This document shows, one piece after another, positions 18,449-26,444 of a stretch of 64,000 nt of DNA. The translations under genes and the position numbers were made by a program. The stretch covers positions 8,668 to 72,667 of the forward strand of contig JAZNXW010000003.1 of the NCBI GenBank assembly GCA_045594085.1, given 5' to 3'. Each line of letters begins with the position of its first letter. The stretch's first letter is position 1. The notes beneath the pieces are model-generated. The model was not told the DNA's origin and did not search any database. It saw nothing but the letters and a program-made list of their open reading frames with translations. The DNA is from Eubacteriales bacterium. GTDB taxonomy: Bacteria; Bacillota; Clostridia; Oscillospirales; CAG-272.

Positions 18449-19204
18449 TTATTTACGGCGGATAAGTGCTGTTCCGAGAGTGGATACAAGTGCGAGAACG
18501 ACCGCAGTCGCGCCCATAGCGGAGCCGCATCCGGATTCTTCCTCTGCGGGAGTGTCTGTTACGGGACCGGTCGTTACAGCGGGGTCTTCCTCGGGAGCAT
18601 CCGTTACGGGATCGGTCTCGGGAGCGTCTGTCTCAATGGGAGCGTCGGTTTCGGGGTCCTTTTCGGGAACTGTCTCGTAATCCTCATAGAACATATTGAA
18701 CCAAATATAGTCAATGTTCGGAGTCTTGATCGTTTCGTTATCGAAATCTGCGGGGCACGCAACGCGGAGGACGTAGTCGCCCTTCTTAACGTTTTCGATA
18801 GTGATAACGTTTTCGTAGAAAATACCCCAATCTGCGGTGTTAAGGCAGTTTACGTGGTAGAGCTCGCCGTTAAAGGTGATGTCCATCCATCTGTTATCGC
18901 CCTTTGCAGCGCAGTTGAGAACGAGGTCGAGCTTTTTGCAGTCGCCGGGAATTGTGACTTCAAAGTCGAACCATGTGTTTTCTGCATCTTTTTCGTCAAG
19001 AGGCTTGAGTGCGATTGCAAACGCTGTTCCTTCGGAGTCCTTCTGGAGTGTATTGTTGATCGCATCGCCCCAATCGTCATAAAGGAACGCCTGGATCTCG
19101 ATAACATCGCTGGGCTCTTCTGTTGCCGCTTCATCAGCGAAAACAGTTACGGAAAGAGAAAGCATAAGCACGATCGCGATGATAGCGGTCAATGTCTTTT
19201 TCAT
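18449..19204 (-). CDS. secreted paralog with a CBM6/35-like domain only, and a Cys-containing C-terminal membrane anchor
   Basis: The start is placed at ATG 19204 (RBS GGAGA). Signal peptide ...TVFA/DE. The core aligns with the neighbouring gene (AAKGDNRWMDITFNGELY...TADWGIF...KKGDYVLRV). Tail is EEESGCGSAMGATAVVLALVSTLGTALIRRK. Confidence 0.7.
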   Translation of the reverse strand: MKKTLTAIIAIVLMLSLSVTVFADEAATEEPSDVIEIQAFLYDDWGDAINNTLQKDSEGTAFAIALKPLDEKDAENTWFDFEVTIPGDCKKLDLVLNCAAKGDNRWMDITFNGELYHVNCLNTADWGIFYENVITIENVKKGDYVLRVACPADFDNETIKTPNIDYIWFNMFYEDYETVPEKDPETDAPIETDAPETDPVTDAPEEDPAVTTGPVTDTPAEEESGCGSAMGATAVVLALVSTLGTALIRRK

Positions 19205-19357
19205 AATTATCTCCTTCTGATATAAGTCAGGGTAAATATGCGCAAAAAAAACACACCACCCTACCAATTTATTTAATTATATCTGCAAATCGTCTCATTG
19301 ACAATGTATGTTTGTTGAATTTGTGTGCGATTAGATGTATTTTTTTTAGGTTGAGTG

Positions 19358-19386
19358 TTGATTTTCAGCTTCGAGTTGTGTATTAT
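19358..19386 (+). promoter_or_regulatory. sigma-A-type promoter for the AraC-family gene
   Basis: TTGATT, 17-nt spacer, TATTAT. Confidence 0.45.
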
Positions 19387-19407
19387 ATAGATTAGAAGAT
19401 CATTATT

Positions 19408-20226
19408 ATGAAACGTTTCGCGTTCACTATGGAGAAAAATATGTCAGAGCTTGTTATAGATTACTTCCGATACCGCACCCCGTCTCCGGTCACGAACATC
19501 CCCGAGACCGTTCTTGACGCTGTTTATATGGTATTTATGCTTGAGGGCAGTCTCGATTACACCGTAAACGGAAAGTCCGTCACCGTCAGCGCCGGAGACG
19601 CGCTTTGCCTGCCCGTCGGCACAGTCCGCGAACGGCATCACAAGGATGGGGAGGCGAAGTACTATTCCTTCCTTCTGCGCGGCGCAGATGAACGCGATCT
19701 TGCCGCGATCCCGACGGTGTTCAATCACAGCAGAAACCACGAGATCCTCACCTGCCTCTGTGCGATCGAAAAGGCCTACATCGCGCGCTATTACTCGTCC
19801 GAAGCTTCACGTCCCGGTGACCGTAAATGCATTATTCTGACGGAGCTTCTCATCAACATATGTGCAAATCTTGCCGATTACGCAAACAAAAATCCCTACG
19901 TTGACCGCATCATTGAGTACATCCGCGACAACTACAAATCAAAGCTGACGATCGAAGCGATCGCAGATCACGTACATCTTAATCCATCGTATTGCTCGAC
20001 GCTCTTCAAGCAAGAGACAGGCGAAACCATCGGCAGCTTCATCAAAAATTACCGTCTTGAGCTTGCCAAGGACGAGCTTGCGCGCGGCAGCACGGTCAAG
20101 ACAACGGCTGACGCCGTCGGCTTTGCGGATCAGTACAACTTCAGCAAGTGGTTTTCCAAAAACGTCGGTATGTCACCGAGTGAATACCGCGGCAAATACA
20201 GCATCAAGCGTACTGTACTCGGTTGA
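19408..20226 (+). CDS. AraC family transcriptional regulator (cupin sensor + HTH)
   Basis: C-terminal HTH_18 pattern LNPSYCSTLFKQETGETIGSFIKNYRLELAKDEL. ATG 19441, preceded by GGAGAaaaat, is a plausible alternative start. Confidence 0.85.
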   Translation: MKRFAFTMEKNMSELVIDYFRYRTPSPVTNIPETVLDAVYMVFMLEGSLDYTVNGKSVTVSAGDALCLPVGTVRERHHKDGEAKYYSFLLRGADERDLAAIPTVFNHSRNHEILTCLCAIEKAYIARYYSSEASRPGDRKCIILTELLINICANLADYANKNPYVDRIIEYIRDNYKSKLTIEAIADHVHLNPSYCSTLFKQETGETIGSFIKNYRLELAKDELARGSTVKTTADAVGFADQYNFSKWFSKNVGMSPSEYRGKYSIKRTVLG

Positions 20227-20255
20227 TGTTTTACAATTGCATAATTCCCGAGTTA

Positions 20256-20299
20256 AAATCCGACGGTTGTTGCGCATCTGCATAACAACCGTCGGATTT
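20256..20299. terminator. long hairpin between convergent genes
   Basis: aaatccgacggttgtt, 12-nt loop, aacaaccgtcggattt (16-bp stem). Confidence 0.65.
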
Positions 20300-20319
20300 G
20301 TCAGTTATAGCTTGATTTT

Positions 20320-21057
20320 TCAGACCTCGACAAGCTCGCCGATCTCCGCGTTTTCCGAGTACGTAACCTTACCCGTATATTCCACGCGCTTTATTCTGCA
20401 ATCCTTGCCGATGTTGATATCGTTGCCGCGCACGACCCGCGCGTGAACGCTTTCGATATCGACCGTATCGCCCTCGATTTCGTCAACGGTAAAGACGGAA
20501 GGATTGCCGTTATTGAAGATCACGTTGAGGACGTTATTGAATATACCGAACTCACCTTCCTTGCGTATGATCTTGACGAGTGAGCCGCCTATCGAATCTG
20601 CGGAGCAGTTCGATGCACTCGCGGGCATTTCGCAGACGAAGCTGTCAGCGTTTATATTGCCTTTTACGCAGATCGCCCCCGTCACCTCGATATTTTCCGC
20701 GGTCAGATCACCGCCGATCTTGTTTGCACCCGAAAATTTCGCAATCTTTTTCGCCTTAACGGATGCGTCTGACGTGAACGCACCCGACGTATGGACGTCG
20801 CCGGCGGCGAGTCCGCCTACGTTTGTTGCACCGGAGCATTTGAAAAGCTCATCACATTCGACTTTGCCGATCACCTTTGACGCGCCCGATCCGCTGAACG
20901 AGACGCAGTTGAGGTTTCCCTCCACCTTTGACGCACCCGAGCATCTGAAGCTTTGACACTTCACGTGAGACGTGATCTTACATGCACCAGACATTGTTAC
21001 GTCCTTATATTCACCGCCACCCATTGTATTGGCGCCGCTTATGCACAGATTTTCCAT
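20320..21057 (-). CDS. bactofilin-like polymer-forming cytoskeletal protein (YhbE/YhbF-like)
   Basis: Reiterated SGA-x-K-[IV]-x-G beta-helix-type repeats. Lies directly downstream of a yhbD-like gene, as in the B. subtilis yhbDEF operon. Confidence 0.65.
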   Translation of the reverse strand: MENLCISGANTMGGGEYKDVTMSGACKITSHVKCQSFRCSGASKVEGNLNCVSFSGSGASKVIGKVECDELFKCSGATNVGGLAAGDVHTSGAFTSDASVKAKKIAKFSGANKIGGDLTAENIEVTGAICVKGNINADSFVCEMPASASNCSADSIGGSLVKIIRKEGEFGIFNNVLNVIFNNGNPSVFTVDEIEGDTVDIESVHARVVRGNDINIGKDCRIKRVEYTGKVTYSENAEIGELVEV

Positions 21058-21076
21058 AGTTTTTTATCCTTTTAGT

Positions 21077-21457
21077 TCAATTTTTGCCGAGCAGGGATGC
21101 GACGTCGGCAAGCTCCACGACCTTGTCTCCGTAAACGAGCTTCATTCCCGTCACGTCCTCTGCTAAAAATTCTTTTTTGCCGTATTTGGTTTCGATGACA
21201 AGCATCACCGAATTTTTCTTTTCTCCCACACGCTCCGCAAGCTCATCAAGCGACGCGAAATCCTTTTCCGACATAATGTAATTTACTCGTTCTGTTATAA
21301 GCTTGCGCGGAAAGAAGGTCTCCTGCCCGGTCGGCGTCGATTTACGGATAAACCAATCTTCGGGGATAAGTCCCGTTCGGCGCCATCTGTACAGTGTACC
21401 GTACGAAATGCCGTACATATCAAGCAGCTCCCGCTTTGACATTAATTCTTCACTCAA
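21077..21457 (-). CDS. YhbD-like DUF4004 MerR-type DNA-binding protein
   Basis: MSKRELLDMYGISYGTLYRWRRTGLIPEDWF. The start is placed at TTG 21457 (RBS GGAGAtgagacc); ATG 21442 is the alternative. Confidence 0.65.
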   Translation of the reverse strand: MSEELMSKRELLDMYGISYGTLYRWRRTGLIPEDWFIRKSTPTGQETFFPRKLITERVNYIMSEKDFASLDELAERVGEKKNSVMLVIETKYGKKEFLAEDVTGMKLVYGDKVVELADVASLLGKN

Positions 21458-21644
21458 GGTCTCATCTCCTTTCGTAACACTGTTACTATTGTAGCATAAC
21501 ATTGTTACTCTGTCAAGTGCCGCGACTAAAAAAGATTATTATTTTGTCGAAACATCAAAACGGGCAATTTTATGATTGCTAAATAATAAAATATGTGGTA
21601 TAATATTTGTTAGACTCCAAAATATCAAAACAATGAGGTTTATT

Positions 21645-22694
21645 ATGAAACGACTTCTCGCACTCATTCTGGGCATGCTTATGCTCGTTCTGCCTCTCGT
21701 CGCCTGCTCCGACAGCACTCCCAACGACACCGACACCGATGCGGCATCAGGCACCGAATCCGAAACAGAGACAGAAAAAGAAACCGAACCTATTGAAGAC
21801 GAGCCCGAATATTACGGCTACCTTTTCGCATATTTCACCGGTAACGATCCCACACAGGAGCGCATCTGCTTCGCACTTTCCACTGACGGCTACAAGTACA
21901 AGGCGCTCAACAAGGGTCAGCCCGTAGTTATCTCCAACTCCGGCACAAAATGTGTGCGCGACCCCTACATATTCCGTGGCGAAGACGGCTGCTACTATAT
22001 GCTTGCGACCGATATGAAATCCTCTCTCGGTTGGTCCAGCAACCGTCACCTCATCTCCTGGAAGTCCGAAGACCTCATCAACTGGACTGACGAAACGATC
22101 ATCGAGATCGACGGCACCTGCAAGACAACAAAGGGCACTACCCGTGCGTGGGCTCCTCAGGCGATCTGGGACCCCGAGCGCGGCGAGTATATGATCTACT
22201 TCGCTCTCTGTTCCAACGCAACAAACGGCGCGACAGTTATGTACTACGCATACTCTCCAGATATGAAGACCCTCTCCACCGATCCCCAGCTTCTCTTCGC
22301 TCCCTCCAACGGCAACTCCGCGATCGACGCTGACATCATCTATCACGAAGGCCTTTACTATATGTTCTACAAGGATGAGACCTCGGGCGGAATCAAGCTC
22401 ACAACCTCCGAAAAGCTCACCTCCGGATATTCCTACACAAAATCCAAGCTCGTATCTCCCGCAGGTCTTGCGGTTGAAGGCTCCTCCACTTTTGAGCTCA
22501 TTGACGGAAGCGGCTGGCTCCTCATCTCCGACGCTTACGCAAACGGATACTTCATTATGGCACATTCCGGCGACCTCAAGAATTTCACTCAGCTTGCTCA
22601 GAACGAATTCCGCTTCAACTTCACTCCCCGTCACGGCAGTGTAATTCCGATAACAAAAGAACAGTATAACGCACTTCGCGACGCATTCAAATAA
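21645..22694 (+). CDS. glycoside hydrolase family 43 lipoprotein (arabinofuranosidase/arabinanase-like)
   Basis: Lipobox LVAC at the start chosen at ATG 21645, an acidic T/E/D linker, then YLFAYFTGND...VRDPYIFRGEDGCYYMLATD, typical of the GH43 five-bladed propeller. Confidence 0.8.
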   Translation: MKRLLALILGMLMLVLPLVACSDSTPNDTDTDAASGTESETETEKETEPIEDEPEYYGYLFAYFTGNDPTQERICFALSTDGYKYKALNKGQPVVISNSGTKCVRDPYIFRGEDGCYYMLATDMKSSLGWSSNRHLISWKSEDLINWTDETIIEIDGTCKTTKGTTRAWAPQAIWDPERGEYMIYFALCSNATNGATVMYYAYSPDMKTLSTDPQLLFAPSNGNSAIDADIIYHEGLYYMFYKDETSGGIKLTTSEKLTSGYSYTKSKLVSPAGLAVEGSSTFELIDGSGWLLISDAYANGYFIMAHSGDLKNFTQLAQNEFRFNFTPRHGSVIPITKEQYNALRDAFK

Positions 22695-22734
22695 TTTTCC
22701 TTACGGTCAGCTTTGACCGATTCATCGAAAACAC

Positions 22735-23742
22735 ATGGATTTTATCAAACGATTTGGCAAACGTTATTTCATTGACGCTATGAGCGCGATGGCGCTTGGC
22801 CTGTTTGCATCTCTCGTTCTCGGCACGATCCTGAATCAGATCGCTCGCTTCGAGTTCCTCTCTTTCCTTTCGCCTCTCGGCGCGATTGCGACAAATTCCA
22901 ACATAGTCGGTGCCGCAATCGGCGTTGCGATCGCGTGGGGACTCAAGGAAAAGCCGCTCGTGATCTTCTCCTCCGCCGTGCTCGGCGCTGTCGGATACAC
23001 TTACGGCGGCCCTGTGGGCGCATACGTCTCTTCCGTTGTCGGCTCCGAGATTGCCTCGCTCGTCGCGTCAAAAACAAAGCTTGACATCCTCGTTACTCCG
23101 CTCACCGCCATCATATCAGGCGGAATGATCGGCATCTACGTCGGTCCATACATCAATGATATTATGTCCCGTCTTGGGGATTTCATCAATTCCGCGACGG
23201 AGTATTCGCCCGTTCCGATGGGCATCGTCATCTCAGTTGTTGTGGGAATGGTGCTTACGGCTCCCGTCTCGTCTGCCGCACTCTGCATTATGATCGGCAT
23301 CGACGGGATCGCGGCGGGTGCCGCCGCTGTCGGATGTTGCTGTCAGATGATCGGCTTCGCCGTTGCATCTCACCGTGACAACGACCTCGGCACAACTATC
23401 TCCATCGGCATAGGCACGTCGATGCTTCAGTTCCACAACATTCTCCGTCATCCGCAGATTTGGATAGCACCCACGCTTGCCTCCGCCGTACTCGGTCCCG
23501 TATCGACGGCGATCCTCGGTATGACGAACACCTCAACGGGTGCCGGAATGGGCGCGGCAGGTCTTGTCGGTCAATTCGGCGCGTTTGAGGCTATGTCGGA
23601 GCAGTACGGCACAGCCGTCACGCTCATCATTATCGCCGTGATGCATTTCATTCTTCCGGCGGTGCTCACCTTACTTTTCGATTTCGCGGGACGCCGCATA
23701 GGCTACATCAAGCCCGGCTATATGAGACTCGAAAAGCTCTGA
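22735..23742 (+). CDS. PTS EIIC-like permease family protein (PF13303-type), no EIIA/EIIB nearby
   Basis: About 10 hydrophobic helices. The N-terminus MDFIKRFGKRYFIDAMSAMALGLFASLVLGTIL resembles the PTS_EIIC_2 family. Confidence 0.55.
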   Translation: MDFIKRFGKRYFIDAMSAMALGLFASLVLGTILNQIARFEFLSFLSPLGAIATNSNIVGAAIGVAIAWGLKEKPLVIFSSAVLGAVGYTYGGPVGAYVSSVVGSEIASLVASKTKLDILVTPLTAIISGGMIGIYVGPYINDIMSRLGDFINSATEYSPVPMGIVISVVVGMVLTAPVSSAALCIMIGIDGIAAGAAAVGCCCQMIGFAVASHRDNDLGTTISIGIGTSMLQFHNILRHPQIWIAPTLASAVLGPVSTAILGMTNTSTGAGMGAAGLVGQFGAFEAMSEQYGTAVTLIIIAVMHFILPAVLTLLFDFAGRRIGYIKPGYMRLEKL

Positions 23743-23763
23743 AACACATAAAGAAGCAAGTTT

Positions 23764-23793
23764 CGCCCCTCTTCCTGTGCGGGAAGAGGGGCG
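23764..23793 (+). terminator. GC-rich hairpin after the EIIC-like gene (no clear U-tract)
   Basis: cgcccctcttcc, 6-nt loop, ggaagaggggcg. Confidence 0.4.
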
Positions 23794-23824
23794 AAGCAAT
23801 CTACAGAAACGGAGGACGTGACAA

Positions 23825-26425
23825 TTGAAAAAGCATTTGACAGTGGGAATCCTCGCGCACGTTGACTCCGGCAAGACCACACTCGCCGAGGCGATACTCC
23901 ATTTGACGGGCAGTATCAGAAATCCGGGCAGAGTTGACCACGGAAACACTCATCTTGACACTCACGAGCTCGAACGCGAACGCGGAATCACGATATTTTC
24001 GTCCGAGGCGTCCGTTTCGACCGATAATTATACACTTACGCTCCTCGATACTCCCGGTCACGTCGATTTTTCGGCGGAGACTGAGCGAACTCTTGCCGTA
24101 CTTGACGCGGCGATCCTTGTCATCAGCGGCAGTGAGGGAGTGCAAAATCACACGGAAACGCTGTGGAGCCTTTTGCGCCGCCACGCAATCCCGACATTCA
24201 TTTTCATAAACAAAACCGACATTCCTACCGTCGAGTGCGGATCGGTTTTCGCAGAGATCCAACGCCGTCTTGACGGAGGATGCACCGATATTGCACTTCC
24301 GTCAGACGAGCTCGTCGAGGCGGTCTCGCTTCTTGACGAGGATCTGCTCGAACGCTATCTGAGCGGCGGCGAGGTGACGGACGAGGATATCCGTAGACTT
24401 ATCGGAGAATGCCGTCTTTTTCCTTGCATTTTCGGCTCAGCGCTTCGTCACGTCGGCGTAAGCGAGCTTCTCAGCGTCATCGACAGTTACGCTCCTTCCA
24501 CTGCGTTCACGGAGGAGTTCGGCGCACGCGTTTACAAGATATCTCACGACGAGCGCGGCGGCAGACTCACTCACATCAAGCTTACCGGAGGCAGGCTCGC
24601 GGTACGCGAGTCGATCACCTACAGCGCTCAGGACGGCGAGCGGACGGAAAAGATCACGTCTATCAAAACTGCCGTCGGAGCGAAGCTTGAGGCAGTAACC
24701 GAAGCGCAAGCGGGAATGCTCTGTGCCGTTTCCGGTCTGTCCGCAACGTATCCCGGTCAGGGGCTCGGCATCGAAAGCGAAGCGTCCTCACCTACGCTTG
24801 AGCCCGTGCTCGAATACCGAATATTGCTTCCGTCGGGCTGTGACGTGCGCGAATATTATCCGAAAATCAAGGTACTTGAGGAGGAGGATCCTCAGCTTCA
24901 CATCACATATAACGAGCGTCTCGGTGAGATCTACGTCCGTCTGATGGGCGAGGTTCAGACAGAGATACTCAAGTGCATCATAAAGTCACGCATAGGCATT
25001 GAGGTATCGATCGATTCGGGACGCATAATGTACCGCGAGACGATTGCGGCGCCCGTCACCGGTGTAGGTCACTTTGAACCGCTCCGCCACTACGCGGAGG
25101 TACACCTATATCTTGAGCCGACAGGTCCCGGAACAGGACTCACATTCCGTTCATCGTGCAGCGTCAACGCGCTCTCAAAGCATTGGCAGAGGCTCATTCT
25201 CTCTCATCTGCGCGAGCGCACGCACAGAGGTGTTCTGACGGGATCTCCCATCACCGATATGCGTATCACTTTGATCGCAGGACGCGCTCACGCTAAGCAC
25301 ACGGAAGGCGGTGACTTCCGTCAGGCAACGTACAGAGCAGTCCGTCAGGCGCTTATGACGGCACGAAGCGTACTTCTCGAGCCGTATTACGCATACAGGA
25401 TCACCGTTCCGACGCATCAGATCGGCAAGGTCATCACTGACGTCCGCGCAATGTCGGGTACGTTCGGCGCGCCCGTCGAGGACGAAAACGGCTTTTCGAC
25501 GCTGACGGGACGTGCGCCCGTTTCCGCTATGCGCAACTACGCTTCCGAGATCATTTCATACACACACGGCGTTGGCAAATTCGCCTTTGAGGTCTGCGGC
25601 TACTATCCCTGCCACGATCCCGAGGCTGTGATAGCGGAGCGTTCGTACGATCCCGAGGCGGATCTTCTCCACACGCCCGATTCCGTCTTCTGCGCACATG
25701 GCGCCGGCTTCAACGTCAAGTGGGACCGCGTGCGCGATTATATGCACATCACGCCCGTTATCACCGAAAAAGCGGAATCCGTGCTTCCGTCGCCGCGATC
25801 TGTGGCGAAAAAGCTCAAGATAGACGAGCGCGAGCTTGAGGCGATCATGGAGCGCGAGTTCGGTCCCATCCGTCGCCGTCAGTACGGCGCTCGAAAGGTC
25901 CGCGACTACAGAGATCGGAGCTACACCGAGGTCAAAAAGAATCCCGACTACTACATCGTAGACGGATACAACGTAATTTTCGCGTGGGATGAGCTTAAAA
26001 ACGCCGCGGAAGCGGAAATCGATCTCGCGCGCTCGCAGCTTATCGCAACGCTTGCGAGCTTCCGTGCGTACAAAAACTGTGATCTTCTGCTCGTTTTCGA
26101 TGCTTACAACGTCAAGGACGGCGTCGAGCGGCGCTACACCCACGAGGGCATTGACGTCGTTTACACAGGCGAGGAGGAGACCGCGGACGCATACATCGAG
26201 CGTCTGATCCACGAGATCGGAAAGAGCTATTTCGTCCGCGTTGTGACATCGGATGCGCTTTTACAGCTTTCCGCATTGTCAGGAGGCGTTATGCGTATGT
26301 CCGCGCGCGAATTCCGCGCAGAGGTCACTGCCGTTTCGGCGGAAATAACGGCATTTATCGAGTCGCTTGATGCGCCCATGCCGCGCGACGAGATCAAGCG
26401 CGACATTTCACTTACGGAAATATAA
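23825..26425 (+). CDS. TetM/EF-G-like translational GTPase fused to a C-terminal YacP/Rae1-type NYN ribonuclease domain
   Basis: TTG start with RBS GGAGGAcgtgacaa. G motifs are AHVDSGKTT, RGITI, DTPGH and NKTD. The C-terminal roughly 158 aa (nt 25949-26425) read YYIVDGYNVIFAW...LLLVFDAY...EETADAYIERL...VRVVTSD, like B. subtilis YacP. Confidence 0.85.
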   Translation: MKKHLTVGILAHVDSGKTTLAEAILHLTGSIRNPGRVDHGNTHLDTHELERERGITIFSSEASVSTDNYTLTLLDTPGHVDFSAETERTLAVLDAAILVISGSEGVQNHTETLWSLLRRHAIPTFIFINKTDIPTVECGSVFAEIQRRLDGGCTDIALPSDELVEAVSLLDEDLLERYLSGGEVTDEDIRRLIGECRLFPCIFGSALRHVGVSELLSVIDSYAPSTAFTEEFGARVYKISHDERGGRLTHIKLTGGRLAVRESITYSAQDGERTEKITSIKTAVGAKLEAVTEAQAGMLCAVSGLSATYPGQGLGIESEASSPTLEPVLEYRILLPSGCDVREYYPKIKVLEEEDPQLHITYNERLGEIYVRLMGEVQTEILKCIIKSRIGIEVSIDSGRIMYRETIAAPVTGVGHFEPLRHYAEVHLYLEPTGPGTGLTFRSSCSVNALSKHWQRLILSHLRERTHRGVLTGSPITDMRITLIAGRAHAKHTEGGDFRQATYRAVRQALMTARSVLLEPYYAYRITVPTHQIGKVITDVRAMSGTFGAPVEDENGFSTLTGRAPVSAMRNYASEIISYTHGVGKFAFEVCGYYPCHDPEAVIAERSYDPEADLLHTPDSVFCAHGAGFNVKWDRVRDYMHITPVITEKAESVLPSPRSVAKKLKIDERELEAIMEREFGPIRRRQYGARKVRDYRDRSYTEVKKNPDYYIVDGYNVIFAWDELKNAAEAEIDLARSQLIATLASFRAYKNCDLLLVFDAYNVKDGVERRYTHEGIDVVYTGEEETADAYIERLIHEIGKSYFVRVVTSDALLQLSALSGGVMRMSAREFRAEVTAVSAEITAFIESLDAPMPRDEIKRDISLTEI

Positions 26426-26444
26426 ACAAAAATCGGAGACATAA

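Noticed and set aside
17681-19225. 514-aa ORF on the plus strand spanning both CBM-like genes.
   Set aside because: It is antisense to two well-supported genes that have signal peptides, RBSs and a terminator. Its product is low-complexity (GGLVGSFGGLIGSF...), has no RBS, and runs straight through the intergenic spacer. It is a mirror-frame artefact of codon bias.
23825-25750. Calling the TetM-like GTPase a tetracycline-resistance ribosomal protection gene.
   Set aside because: Similarity is at family level only. There is no mobile-element context, and the NYN fusion argues for a different role. A resistance phenotype cannot be inferred from sequence.
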